Shown here piece after piece: positions 46,867 to 59,700 of a stretch of 64,000 nt of DNA. A program made the position numbers and the translations under genes. Source of the stretch: Balanoglossus misakiensis (taxonomy: Eukaryota; Animalia; Hemichordata); contig CM082580.2 of NCBI GenBank assembly GCA_040954595.2, forward strand, positions 1,974,783 to 2,038,782, in the 5' to 3' direction. Under the pieces are notes generated by a model that did no database searches, was not told where the DNA came from, and saw nothing but the letters and a program-made list of their open reading frames with translations. Positions within the stretch are counted from its first letter, which is position 1; each line of letters opens with the position of its first letter.

Positions 46867-49430
46867 TGGACACTCACATGCCAAATATACAAATATTGAC
46901 TGTTCCACCTTGTGAAACTGACTGTTTTGAGGTGACTCAGGCCCTCGGGTAAACAATTGCATGCTGTTGCCCAAATATGGCCAGTCAATATGTGTGTTAT
47001 AACACCCCTCACCTGACAGTCATACAGTTCAGGAAATATCTCCGCAGTCATCATCTTAGTTTTCAACAGTCTGCATGCCCAGATGGTGCTTCCCAACCTA
47101 GCCAGGCAAGAGTTTTCCTATGATGCACCTCACGTGATGAGGTATGCTATAATTAACTGCAATGATTTGTAACAGGTACAGTGTCATGTTGCTCAGGTTG
47201 ATATGTCAATCTATGAGTAACTATTCTGTAGTGTAATTCTTTTAGTATTCTTTGATATGTTGATATTTGAGCAGGTTTTGCATTTTTTTCAGGTAATGGC
47301 TACTGATGGAAATGAGGAATATGTTTTGAATGAAGAAGATAAGACAGTTAATGACATTGTCAGAGAGGCTGTGATCTACTGTGAACAGAATAATATTGCC
47401 AATTCAGTTGAAATTCTTCGCTTTTATCAATCAAAACTTTTAACTGGTAGAGCCCTGGAAATAGAACAGGAAAATGAAAGTGATGATAGAGACACAACCC
47501 TTATCAACATCGATAGATTGAACCTTCTGGAAACAGCATTCAGCGAAATAAGGATGCTATCAGACAGAGAGCTTCGCACAACATTGGAAGTTCAATTTTA
47601 TGGTGAAGTAAGTTCTCATTATTTACATGTAAATTTTTGAGAAAAATGGACTATTAGTCAGCATATCTGTGCACACCATATAATGTCAATTAGACTGTTT
47701 TAACTTGAATCTTTACGATCTGGACAATGTTAGTGCTTGCTGCTAGAGCTAGAGGCTGCAACAATAAACAAGTTCTGCTACACATTTTACCCGAACATGA
47801 ATGCGCAATGTCAAACATTTCTACATCAAGTATTCTGGTATCAATTTCTTGTGGTTATAGAAAATTTACTAAATGCTGTGAAATTAGAATTATACTTCTT
47901 TTTATTTTCATAGATTTCTGTACTGTTTTCTATGACCCAATTGATCATGTGCTAACTTAGGTTATATTTTTTTTTGCATTTTTTTTCAGAGAGCAAGAGA
48001 TTATGGTGGACCCCGCAAAGAATTCTTTGCTTTGATATTAAGAGACATCAAAGAAAAATATTTTGATCATGGGCTTAGAGCCCATCTGTCCAGTGATTAT
48101 GTTACAGTCAGAATTATTATGAGTGAGTGTCTGTAAACCATCATCCATGTGTGAAATATTTCATGGAACAAAACTAACAGTGTGACTTCAGATTTTCCTT
48201 AAATTTTACACTCGTAAGCTTTCAATATCACTAATCATACTGCATTTGCTGATTACGCATGAACTAGAGTTTCATTTAAGGAATGCCATATTAGTGGCAT
48301 GATGATTTGATTACCAAATAAAATTGGTGTTGATTCTACCATCAGGTCTGAGCATATTGCAGAATGGTGAACTTCCGCAGTTTCTTAATGAGGATGCTCT
48401 GGCAGAACTGTTTGATGATGATGAGCCATCGCCATGCATCACCAACCTTTGCGCGGGTTTCAGAACATTAGGACTGTATCAGGTATAGTATATCTATGAT
48501 TCCTATCTAATATAGGAGTGGGACGCAACTTTATGACAATATCCTCACAAAATAGAATGACCTTGTTTGGGTATACATATGCAGAACTGAAATCCCACAT
48601 GGACACCAACCCCAGCACCAATGGCCACCTACGTAGATTAATAGAATCTCACACTCCCAAGGACCTGGGATCGTATTTCTCACACGAGTTGGGGATTTTT
48701 TGTCCCACACGAGCCGCAGGCGAGTGTGGGACAAAAAATCCACGACGAGTGTGAGAAATACGATCCCAGGTCCTTGGGAGTGTGAGATTATTTTTCTCAC
48801 ACGACCAGAAATTTGCGATATTAACGTTTTTATTTCCAATCGCAGAACAAAATCAATAAAATACCCACTGATCACTGCATGAACGCTCATATATTGATCC
48901 GCCCCGCAAAACGTAGTCCCCATTTCAACACAAGTTAACACCCATTCTACAAAATGTACTCAGCACATAAAACAGGTTAATTAATATTTTAATTAACAAT
49001 AACTTGTGCATCAAATAGATCGATGTCCATTGTACACTGAAAAGCAACCTGTGTCATTTCTCGAAATCGAAATTCTCAGAATAGATCGAGATAACAATAA
49101 CAAAGTCAACGGTCACATTGTACTAAATGTAGGTATACTACTGACTATTTTCACTTTCTGTGTCGGAATAAATCACACACCTTCGTTTGCGTGGGGGTTC
49201 CTGAATGTTACAGGTAATATTGAATGTACCACCGGTTATAGTACATTTATCAAATAATGAAGAAGAGGTGGCAACGTGAGAACTTGAGGAATTGTGTGTA
49301 CATGACGTGGATATCTCGCTTGAACGGGATTGTTGAAGAGTCATTTATCCGACCTGGTTTTCCTAGTATTTCTTCGAATTGTAAATGGTAAATAACTGCA
49401 CTATAGCCAGTACGTAAATTTTTGTGAAGT

Positions 49431-50168
49431 ATGTCAACCGGAAAGAAAGAAACTGAGAAGACCGAAAGACGGGCCACTCGCGCCAACCCCAGCGGGCAAG
49501 ATGGTGGTAACGGTAGCACTGGTACGGGCGCACATGCCAAAGAAATTACTCTAGGTGACCTGAGCATGCAGATCCAGGGTGTTCAGACGAACCTCATGAA
49601 GAAATTGGCAGGCTCTGAAACCAAGGTAATGCGCTCAATCGATACTGCTATCAAAGAGTTTCGTGATGAAATTTCCATGGAAATGTCAAAGCTGAGAGGT
49701 GACTTTGAACGCTTAGCAGGAAGAGTCGAACGTGTTGAAAACAACATGGCGGGCGACGATGGTGAGAGTACCAACAGGTGTGCCATTGTAATCAGAGGGC
49801 TTAAACAGCACACAGACGAGGATGCTGCAGATAAGGTGAAAGCATTACTTCGAGACGGCCTGAAACTCGACGAAACTGAAGCTAACTGTATCAACGCGTC
49901 CCGGAAGAAATCGTTTACCAATAAACCTGGCGTTATTATAGCAACCCTGAAAAACGCTGAAGAAAAGAAAGCTGTACTGAAAGCAAAGCGTTCACTGCAA
50001 GGGTCGGACGAATACAAATCGGTGTATATTGGAAACGATGTACCTAGAAATATTCGGCAAACCCAGACAAACTTCCGCAGTATACTCCGGGCTATAGGAA
50101 ATGATCACCGGCTAAAATGGAAAAATGGCAGAGTGATACAGGAAGACGGTCGCCAAGAGTCTGAATAG
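49431..50168 (+). CDS. LINE ORF1 (coiled coil + RRM-like)
   Basis: 245-aa open ORF directly upstream of APE-RT; heptad region followed by IVIRGL..PGVIIATL..VYIGND. Confidence 0.75.
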   Translation: MSTGKKETEKTERRATRANPSGQDGGNGSTGTGAHAKEITLGDLSMQIQGVQTNLMKKLAGSETKVMRSIDTAIKEFRDEISMEMSKLRGDFERLAGRVERVENNMAGDDGESTNRCAIVIRGLKQHTDEDAADKVKALLRDGLKLDETEANCINASRKKSFTNKPGVIIATLKNAEEKKAVLKAKRSLQGSDEYKSVYIGNDVPRNIRQTQTNFRSILRAIGNDHRLKWKNGRVIQEDGRQESE

Positions 50169-50169
50169 G

Positions 50170-53100
50170 AGACATGCCAGCCGAGTATTACAATTGGCTG
50201 CTGGAATGTAAACGGGTGGTCAACGAACGATTCTTCACATTACAGAGAACTTGTCGTTAAAAAATTGAATTTAGATATTGTATGCGTATGTGAAACATTC
50301 CTGAGAAGAAATGAGGTACTCGAAGTGGAAAACTATACTTTCTTTGGACATAACAGAAAATTTATTTCAGAAGAGCAGTTCGAGGGTCAGGTGGTGTTGG
50401 GATATTTGTACGTGACCGGCTACTCAACCACTACCACGTCTCGGTTATTGACAACAATATGGACGGTATACTTTGCCTTAAATTCAGTGATAAACTATCG
50501 GGGACTTCTTTTACTGTTTGCTGTTGCTACCTACAACCCAAAGGTTCTCCACGAGGTGACTGCGGTGATGAGTTCTTTGAACATCTGACGCAATTGTTAC
50601 ATATACTCGGCCGTGAACATTTTGATTTTCATATACTGTGCGGAGACTTCAACGCCAGATGCGGACAATCCCAAGACTATATACCAGATTTACATGATGT
50701 GTCACCAATGACTATTATATACGGCATTAAAAATTCATATGGTGAATTGTTGATTGACTTCTGCAAGGACAATAATATGGGCATGTTAAATGGTCGTGGT
50801 GATGATAAATACAATGGACATACGTCAGTGTCCATCAAAGGTTCTGCCGTAGTGGACTACTGTTTAGTACCCGTTGATGAGTTGAACTCATTCAAAGATT
50901 TCCAAGTGTGGTCAAACGCGCGAATTTGTGATGAACTCGGTATTTTTCCAACCAGTAGTGTTCCTGACCACTGTATGCTGACTTGGAGCATTTGTAGAGA
51001 TTTTGATGGCGGTAAAGCACGCGAATCAGGCGCTGCTAACACCTCCGCTCCGAAAACTAAACGTATTTATCAGCTTAGTCACATCCCACCTGGATTCATG
51101 AATAACCCTGGTACCTCTAGAAATATCATCAGTATCATTGAAAACCTTGAACGCGCAAACCTCTTACAATCTGATATAGACTCCATATACGGCAACATTT
51201 GTAACACTTTTAAAGCTGAGATGGATGCTCATTTAGAGTTCAAAGATATCTCATTACGTACTGTGAAAAAGCATAAGCGGAATAAACCATGGTGGTCACC
51301 TATACTCACAGATCTCTGGAAATTAGCATGTCAAAAAGAGAAGTTGTGGTGTAAATGTAAAGGTCCAGCAAAGCTTAAATCAAGACTTCGGGAATCTTTC
51401 GTGGAAACACGGCGGCTCTTTGATTCTGAAGTACGGAAAGCAAAGCGATGGTATAACAAATCGCAGCAACAGAAATTACTAGATGCAAACACTGCGGGAA
51501 GTAACTTTTGGAAGGACTTTAATGAGATATTTTCATCCAGTAAGCGTAAAGAAACAATACCAATGGAAATTGTAAATAGTGACAATGAACTATCCACTGA
51601 TCCTGATGTTGTTATAAACAGATGGAGGGACGATTTCGCAAGCCTGTTCAGTGCAAATGATCCAGTGTCACAGAATGACCCCGAAGAATTCTGTTTTGAC
51701 GACGACCACCTGCATGCAATAATCAACAAATTGAAAGACTATGACAGGGAGTATGATAATATGACCTCTCACCCTACATCTGGAGTAGATACGGAAGAGT
51801 TGAACCAACCAATCACTGTTGCCGAAATGGCCAAAGTGATCCAGTTAGCAAAAAATGGCAAATCACCTGGCTTTGATAACATACACAATGGAATACTCAA
51901 GAACAATGCCTCCATCAGGCTAATTCACCGACTACTCGTATCGTGCTTTGAATCAGGAATTGTACCAAGCGTCTGGCGTCAGGGACTGATTCGACCAATC
52001 CCCAAAAGTGGAAACAAAGACAGACGTGTTCCACTGAATTACAGAGGAATTACTTTGATATCATGTGTATGTAAGATATTCACCTCAATACTTAACACTC
52101 GCCTGCTAAACTGGTTGGAGAAACACGGGAAAATTGTGGACGAGCAGAATGGTTTTCGGAGACTGAGATCATGTTTGGATTATATAATTATTTTGCATTC
52201 TGTCATTGCAAATAGACTTCACAGAGGACAATCGACATTTGCGTGTTTCATTGATATGAGAAAAGCATTTGACCGAGTGGAAAGAAACTGTCTATGGTAC
52301 AAGTTGACCGAGTTTGGAGTTACCGGTAATTTTTTATCAATTTTGAGATCACTGTACACCAATGTTACATGTATGGTTCGAGTTAATAATTATTTGACTG
52401 ACAACTTTCCTGTGGACATTGGGGTCAAACAGGGTGATAACCTCTCCCAACACTCTTTGCGCTTTACATAAACGATTTAGCTAAAGAAATCAAAGAAACA
52501 GGTGTTGGAGTAGCCGTTGGCGAAGATACAGTTAATATATTGCTATATGCAGACGACATAGTCTTACTAGCTGATACTGAGGAAAACTTACAACACCTGC
52601 TGGATATTGTTCACAACTATTGTAGAAAATGGAGACTGCGTCTGAGCAAAGAAAAAACTCTAGTAATGCACTTCAGAAATCAGAATGCGCCATGCACTCC
52701 CTTCCGTTTCAGCTGTGGACCTATGCCTGTAGGCGTCACGACTAAGTATAAATATTTGGGAATTTACTTTAACGAGCATTATGACACAGATGTTACGACT
52801 TTCCACCTCGCTGAATCAGCGTCCAGAGCGATTGGAGTCATCATTGCAAAAAGCAAACTGTATGGGGGAATGTCATACCAGATGTACACAAAGTTATTTG
52901 ATTCGCTGGTTGTCCCGATTATTGATTACGCATCAGCTGTTTGGCATAAAAGCTTGGTGAAAAATGTTGACAAAGTTCAACATAGAGCGATGCGCTCTTT
53001 CCTTGGAGTTGGGGTAGCCAGTCCTATTGCGTCACTATATGGTGACATGGGCTGGGTGCCGAGTGATTATCGACGTAAAATAGAGGTCATACGGTTATGG

Positions 53101-53680
53101 GTCAGACTACAAGGATTACCAGATTCTAGGTTGACCAAACGTGTGTTTTTAAATGACTACAGCTGGAACAAGCGTGCAAAGTTGGTTTTCAAGGAGGCCG
53201 GCCTCTTGGACATCTTCGAATCACGAAACTCTCAGAACGTTACTGTCAACAACATACTGAACATAGCCAAACAGAATTTAAAATCAGGGGTATTGGTAAA
53301 TTGGAGATGTAATTGTTTAAGTAAACCTAAGTTAAGAACGTATTGTTCTTTTAAACACGAAATGTTACTGAACCTTATGTGCTATTGAACTGCCAGTATA
53401 AATATCGCTCAGTGACTGCGAGACTGGCAGATACTCTAATTTGGATGTCGAAGAGAGGAAATGTTTATTTTGTAACGATAACACTGTGGAAGACGAACTT
53501 CACTTCATCTTTAATTGTAGTCTTTATGAGGACATTAGAAAACAATTTCCAGACACTCCAAAAGACGTGCCGCTCCGCGATAGATTGTTGAACTTGTTTT
53601 CTGTTAAACATGCTAAAGTATTTTCTAAGTTGCTTTATGATATGTTTACTAGGAGAAGAAATATTATTTCCATTGATTGA
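50170..53680 (+). pseudogene. RTE-X-like LINE ORF2 (APE endonuclease + RT + Cys/His knuckle), frameshifted
   Basis: WNVNG, CVCET, GDFNAR, VDY, PDH, NYRGITL, DMRKAFD, GVKQGD, LYADD and CLFC..EDELHFIFNC. Confidence 0.9.
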
Positions 53681-55646
53681 TGTTCTTTGTTTGTTTTGTT
53701 TTTGACACCCGCATCGTGGTGCCCAGTTGGGTATGCTATAGTGACTCATAAGCCGAACTCGGCTGGAGTTTCATGCAAGTTCGAATTGACAAGTGTAGTC
53801 TAGAATCTATCCGTTCGTAGTCGCATTCACCCTACTACCGTCTAGGAACGCAGAACCAAAATCTAGTAAGGCCATAAAAATGGTAATTTGAATGTGAATA
53901 GTCTCCAACTGAGCAATCTGACGTCAAGCGTCACCACGTGATCATGATTATGTATCATTCGGGCGGAGCTACATTGTAAACATAATTAACATTCAACGTC
54001 ATCACCTCACGGCCAATCAGTAGTCGGTCAACGTAAGTGATTGACTTCTCTGTTCTAGTCTTAGTCTGGTGCTCAGTTGTCATTTCAATGAATTCTCTGC
54101 CATCAGCATCTCGTTTAAGTTTAACATCGCCCCAACACAACGACCTATGTTCTTTAACTGCCCTCATTCCAAAATGCAACATGCTGTTAAGCCAAAATGT
54201 ATTTATGACCGAATGAGGCCGCCGAGTTGCCCATCAGCATACAGCTTATTTACATCGTCACCAGTCAGAGTATCAGCTTTGAATGGTAGATTCCCCTTAC
54301 CGTGTTTTCGGAGGTTTTTCTGTTTCGCTTTCAATTTTTCTCGTGAAGAGAAAAAATCGACACTTGTCACCAACGATACTCCATATTTGGTCCAGCGGAG
54401 ATGTCTTTCTAAACTAATAAACATCCCTTGTAGAGAGGATGGTTCGTAGTCAGAACCATCCTTCTTCCGAACAACACACAGAAAATTTCCAACGAAGGGG
54501 TCGAGCTCGCTCGGCGGAATATCAGAAATGTCGCGATGTTCGCCAAGTTCGGTCAGGTACTGTTGGAATAGCATTACATGATATTTAGTCTTTCGTACCG
54601 TGTCACTATTCTGCTGATCGTCTACGAAATGGTCAATATCGGTAGACGACAATGCAGCAAATCTAGAATGTTTCGGGGTCGACGAACCTTCAGCTAATGG
54701 TATGGGCGGTGCCGCATCTGGCTCGAACTCAGCAGCGAGCTTCACTGCTGAAACCTCAACTTCAGCTCCAGACAAGACATCCATCAGGACAAACTGGCGA
54801 TATGTTCCCAATGGCCTAATTACGCGGGATATCTGGAAAATACGGCCGTTTTTCGCGAGTCTGTAACCAACCACGTACACCATTATCCGAAGGTAACACA
54901 AATTGTACAACTGTCGTCTGCACATGACCTGATCACATTGTAGTTCCGGTTCGTGTACAACACGTCACACAATTGGATGATATTTGCTCGTTCTGAGGGG
55001 TACGAATATCGTTATCCAATCAGAGCTCGCGTCATATAACAGTTGTCTGTGTGCGCATTAACACAGAGTGTGGGATCGATTTGATCCCACACTCTCTATC
55101 CCACACTCCCAGCGGCCAGGAGTGTGAGAAGAGCCCATTCCTTGTCTCACTACATGAATATTTTCTGTGGCAAGATAGCCGTGGATTCCTGGTGCATCAA
55201 CTATAAATCCATATTTTGTACCTCATAAATTTGCATTTCCAAAAAATACACATAAACATCTGTCATATTGATAAAATATATTGATGTGCATACAGAAGTA
55301 ATTGTTTGTTGTCTTGTGGCATTTGTAGTGTCTTCAGTGAACTACATGTAACAACGACATTAATTTCTTGTCACAGCTCTGTAAACAGATGCCAGGATTT
55401 CGTTTCCTTCTTCAACCAAACCCATCATATGCATTGACACTTAGGAAGTTAACATTGTTACTGGCACCGTCATTCAGCAGTGAAGGTTCCAATAGCAGAA
55501 CACAAGAAGGCATAGCATATTCTGCACTTCTGAAGTACTTTCGAGAAGTTTCCAGTAAGTATATATGCCATTCAGTTTCATTAATATTTCTGTTGTATTT
55601 CTTGGTAGAATTATAAGTTTTAGCTGATACTTATTAATATTTTAGA

Positions 55647-56048
55647 ACGTCTGTGAAGTTGGCCTCATCCTCATCCTCATCTTCGGCCTCATCCTCATCT
55701 TCAGCCTCATCCTCATCCTCAGCTTCATGACCCCAGGGAGTAATCTTCAGAAGCGAATAAAAACTCCCGAGAGAAAATTGCTTCGAGGTCAAAGTTCATT
55801 GCAAATTTCAATAAAAACATCAAAATTATCGTGAATTTCGGATATCTGATGTGATCTAAAAGAAGCGAAAGCGATATGGGTAAAGTATTTACACGGGATA
55901 GTCTAAATAATTGATTGGATTTCTTATTTTGACTCTATTTGTTCTATTTGCTGATAATTTTAATGTTAATCTTCCTGGGGTCACGAAACTGAGGCTGGGG
56001 TCACGAAGCTGAGGATGAGGCTGAGGATGAGGCCAACTTCACGGACCT
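55647..56048. mobile_element. Mutator-type MITE with (TCATCC)-repeat TIRs
   Basis: Inverted ends ..GTGAAGTTGGCCTCATCCTC; 9-bp TSD TATTTTAGA at 55638-55646 and 56049-56057. Confidence 0.8.
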
Positions 56049-56728
56049 TATTTTAGAGCTATTTGTAGAATCCTATCTGGAAACAAAATATTCAAGCAAC
56101 ATATACTTGGTGGGGACTGTGTCTTCAATGATGGCTTTTGACACTTACCTCAGGTCTTCAAGAATTCTATTAAGTAAAAGCAAGGATTCACCTGTGGCGA
56201 CTTTGTCATCACTGATGACTTGTTTGTATTTTATTTAGGTGGCAGAAGAGGTTCCTTAACACTGTCCGATATCCTCCAATTTGCAACTGGTGCAGAGGAA
56301 GAACCCATTCTAGGTTTTGCAGTGCATCCAGCTTTAGGGTTCGCAGAGGTCACTGGAAGCTTCCTGCCAACAGCCAATACTTGTATTAATCGTATGACAC
56401 TGCCAAGACCAATGATTAGCCAACAACTACCTCCTGATGATTAACTCTTTAGACTTTATGATTTGGCTTTTTCAAATAGATTCTTTGGAAATGTATAGCA
56501 ACTGGTCCACATGTAATGGTTTTCTACAGGCGTGGCTTGATATATGACTACCGGTACCTTTAAAGGGACAAAGTCTCTCTCTTGCTGCCCTTTGTCCATA
56601 TTGAGATCTAGCCAATCACAGATTTTCAGTGGGTGACACACGCGAAAAAAAGAGCGCCAGCATATATTTTCTTAAGAACGCTCAAATACGCCATTTCAGC
56701 CATATATGGGCGTATGTAAATTGGAGGT

Positions 56729-59700
56729 ATCGGTAATTTTACATACATTGCTAAAACGGGTACTTGTGTAAATGATTATGTTTTGACCTCAGAAGATGTA
56801 TTGTCCAATTTTACAGATTTTAGTATAGATAGTCGTGTTGAATCAGATCACATGCCAATTAATTTTACATTATCATTCCAAGGTTATGTGGCTGATAATT
56901 ATCACATGAACTGGCCCTGATCACCACTTGTGTGACGTAGACCAGGACAGATCAAAAATCCTGATCACCCCTGTGTTACGTCATCAACCGGAACTATTTC
57001 CACCGATTCGCCGTAGCTTTGTTGTCAAACAGAAACAGTACGTGTAGCGCGCGGCATTTACAATACAGAAATGAAATAAAACAATTACGGTTCCATGACA
57101 ATAACGCTTTGTAAGCTCAAAACAGAAAGGTGGAATTTGGAAAGAAGACAGTCGACGCAACGATCATGGACGATCGTGGCTGTCAAAGTTTTGGGTCAGG
57201 TGTACATAGCCTAGGCTAGGCGCAAGTCCGGTACGTTCCGAGTCGAATCAGTGTGGGGAATTGTTTCGAGCCAGTTCAGCGTGACGACTGAACCTCTCTA
57301 TTGCACCGGTCAACGAAATGTATAAGACGTGGCAACAGGTTGCAGTAAAATTGTTAGAGAATCGATTACATTTGTGTAAGGCCGAACTTCGAGCGAACGG
57401 AACTCAACGGGACGACTTGTTGGGAGATTTTATGAATGATCAGCGATAGTTCACCATTTGCGTATATGCAAATGATGAACTATCGCTGATCAATCATGAA
57501 ATCTCCCAACATATATCTCCTGGGGGACATAATCCCGCTCAGTAAAATACGACACCGCTCCAAAATTGTTGCAAGGTACTGAATTGTTTTAGTCCTGCCT
57601 CTTCTAACGAAAAATAAGAAGACTGTTCATGTGATAAATATATAATCCCATGATATCTTTCTTTGTTTAACGTCATCGTATACTCGTGGTTTTCGCGGAA
57701 GCGTACAACTTCTCGCCTGCGGCTCGAAGTTGCACTGCTCCGCGAAAACCACTCGTATACGATGACGTCAAACAAAGAAAGATATCATGGGATTATATGT
57801 AATTATAACACGCATTCTCTAAGTTCAGATCACTTATTTAAGTTGAAATGGAACTTTGAGAAAAAAGATCAATATCATCAGAATATGAATTCAGATTCTG
57901 TTAAACAGTTGTGCTGTACTTTTTACGAAAATATTGTGCATAATAAGTTAGAGGAGGCAGCAGATAGCATTATCAATATTGTATATGAATGTTGTAATGA
58001 TATGAGAGTACAGACAAATCAGAACAAGGTACACAAATGTAATCCCTGGTTCGATCAGGAATGCTCAAGAACTAAAAAAACAAGTTTATAAATTGTTAAA
58101 TTTGTTTAGACACTCCAGAACACAAAAAAGTTTGGACAATTATGTTGCAGTCAAAAAAGACTACAAAATGCTTTTAAAGAGTAAGAAAATACAGTATCAA
58201 AAACGGAAACGTGAAGAACTTGAAGAGCTTGCCAGAAAATCAAAATCCAAATTATTTTGGCAAAGATTGAAAGTGAGTCCTTCAGGAGTATCTGGTAAGA
58301 TAAATACAGATGACTGGTTTTGTTATTTTAATACACTGTTCAATCCAGATGCTTTAAACAGGGAGGACAGAGAACAACTTTATTCATCTGTTCAAGATTT
58401 CCTACATAATTTGGACATTGACGATGTTGAAAATACAGATGTTGACTGTACAGAGTTAAACTGTCCCATCTCCATGCTTGAAATAAAAAAACAGTATTGC
58501 TAAATTGAAAAATAACAAGGCACCTGGATTGGATGGCATCTCAGCAGAGTTTTGGAAGGCTGCTCCCCAGGAGATATTGGATATGTTACATGTACTGTAT
58601 AATGAAATTTTGGCTAGTGGCATATTCCCCCAACAGTGGGCAGTAGGACTAATTAGTCCAGTATACAAGAAGGGAAGAAAGGATTCACCAGAAAACTATA
58701 GAAGTATTATGCTTCTTAATGTTATTGGGAAAATTTATACAAATATTCTGACAGATAGACTTTCTGGTTGGTTCAACAATTACAGTCAGATAGTTGAACC
58801 TCAGAGTGGTTTTAGAAAAAAACAGAAGCACTTTAGACAATGTTTTCATTTTACGCACGCTTATTGAAAAGTATGTATTTCACTTGAAAAGTCGTTTGTA
58901 CTGTGCTTTTATAGATTTCGAGAAAGCGTTCGACAGAATACACCATCACTCATTATTTTATAAATTGGTCAAGTCAGGTGTGAGAGGAAATTTTCTGTCT
59001 TCATTATACTCGATGTACTCTCATGTTAAAGCCGCTGTTAAAACCCCACATGGTATAACAGACTTTTTTCACATAAATACAGCAGGGTTCAGTTATTTCA
59101 CCCATATTATTTTGTTTTTACATAAATGATCTTGGGGAAGCACTTGCGCAGGGTACCGAAACTGTGGTATACTGTAATTTGTTAAAACTTTTCTATTTGT
59201 TATATGCTGACGATCTCTTGTTATTTAGTTCTACCCCAATTGGCTTACAACGTTTGCTTAACAGACTAGCTGATTATTGTAAACAATGGAAACTTAAAGT
59301 TAATTTAAGCAAAACAAAACATCATTGTTTTTCGTAAAGCAGGAAGGTTGAAGAAAACTGAGAAATGGTTCTTGGAAAATCAGAGAATTGAAGTGGTTTC
59401 GAAATATAATTATTTGGGGATTGTTTTCTCTAGCTCTGGTATTTGGTTCCAAGCACAAAAGTACATAGCTGATCAAGCAAGGAAAGCACTGTACAGCTTG
59501 CAAAGTATTCTTTATAAACTAGATGGTTTACAACCAGATATTGCTTTTAGGATCTTTGACTGTAAGATTCTCCCAATTCTCCTGTATGGAAGTGCTATTT
59601 GGGGAACTCATAATTGTACCGATATTGAAAAAATACACCATAAATTTTGTAAATTTATTCTAGGAGTTGGTATGAGCACCACAAATGCCGCCGTTAGGGG

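Larger units (their letters stand above)
48638..55130 (-). mobile_element. Second Crypton YR element in a HECT intron, broken by an RTE-X LINE
   Basis: YR N-terminus at 54050-54925 (KKDGSDYEPSSL, GKGNLP, HFGMR, TKTR) and C-terminal tail at 49138-49344. Hairpin at 48647-48787; TCTCACACTCC/GGAGTGTGAGA inverted ends. Boundaries approximate. Confidence 0.75.
43583..56498 (+). pseudogene. SAM-like + Zn finger + HECT E3 ubiquitin ligase (G2E3-like), transposon-borne, multi-exon, disrupted
   Basis: Segments 43583-44035/45827-46378, 47293-47607, 47990-48122, 48346-48482, 55377-55554 and 56239-56498. Motifs DYGGPRKEFF, LQFATG, LPTANTC (catalytic Cys) and terminal FFG. In-frame stops and a LINE insertion in exon 1. 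Confidence 0.8.

Noticed and set aside
43583-56498. Host G2E3 gene
   Set aside because: Lacks the PHD/RING N-terminus, lies inside TIRs with an integrase, and is disrupted.
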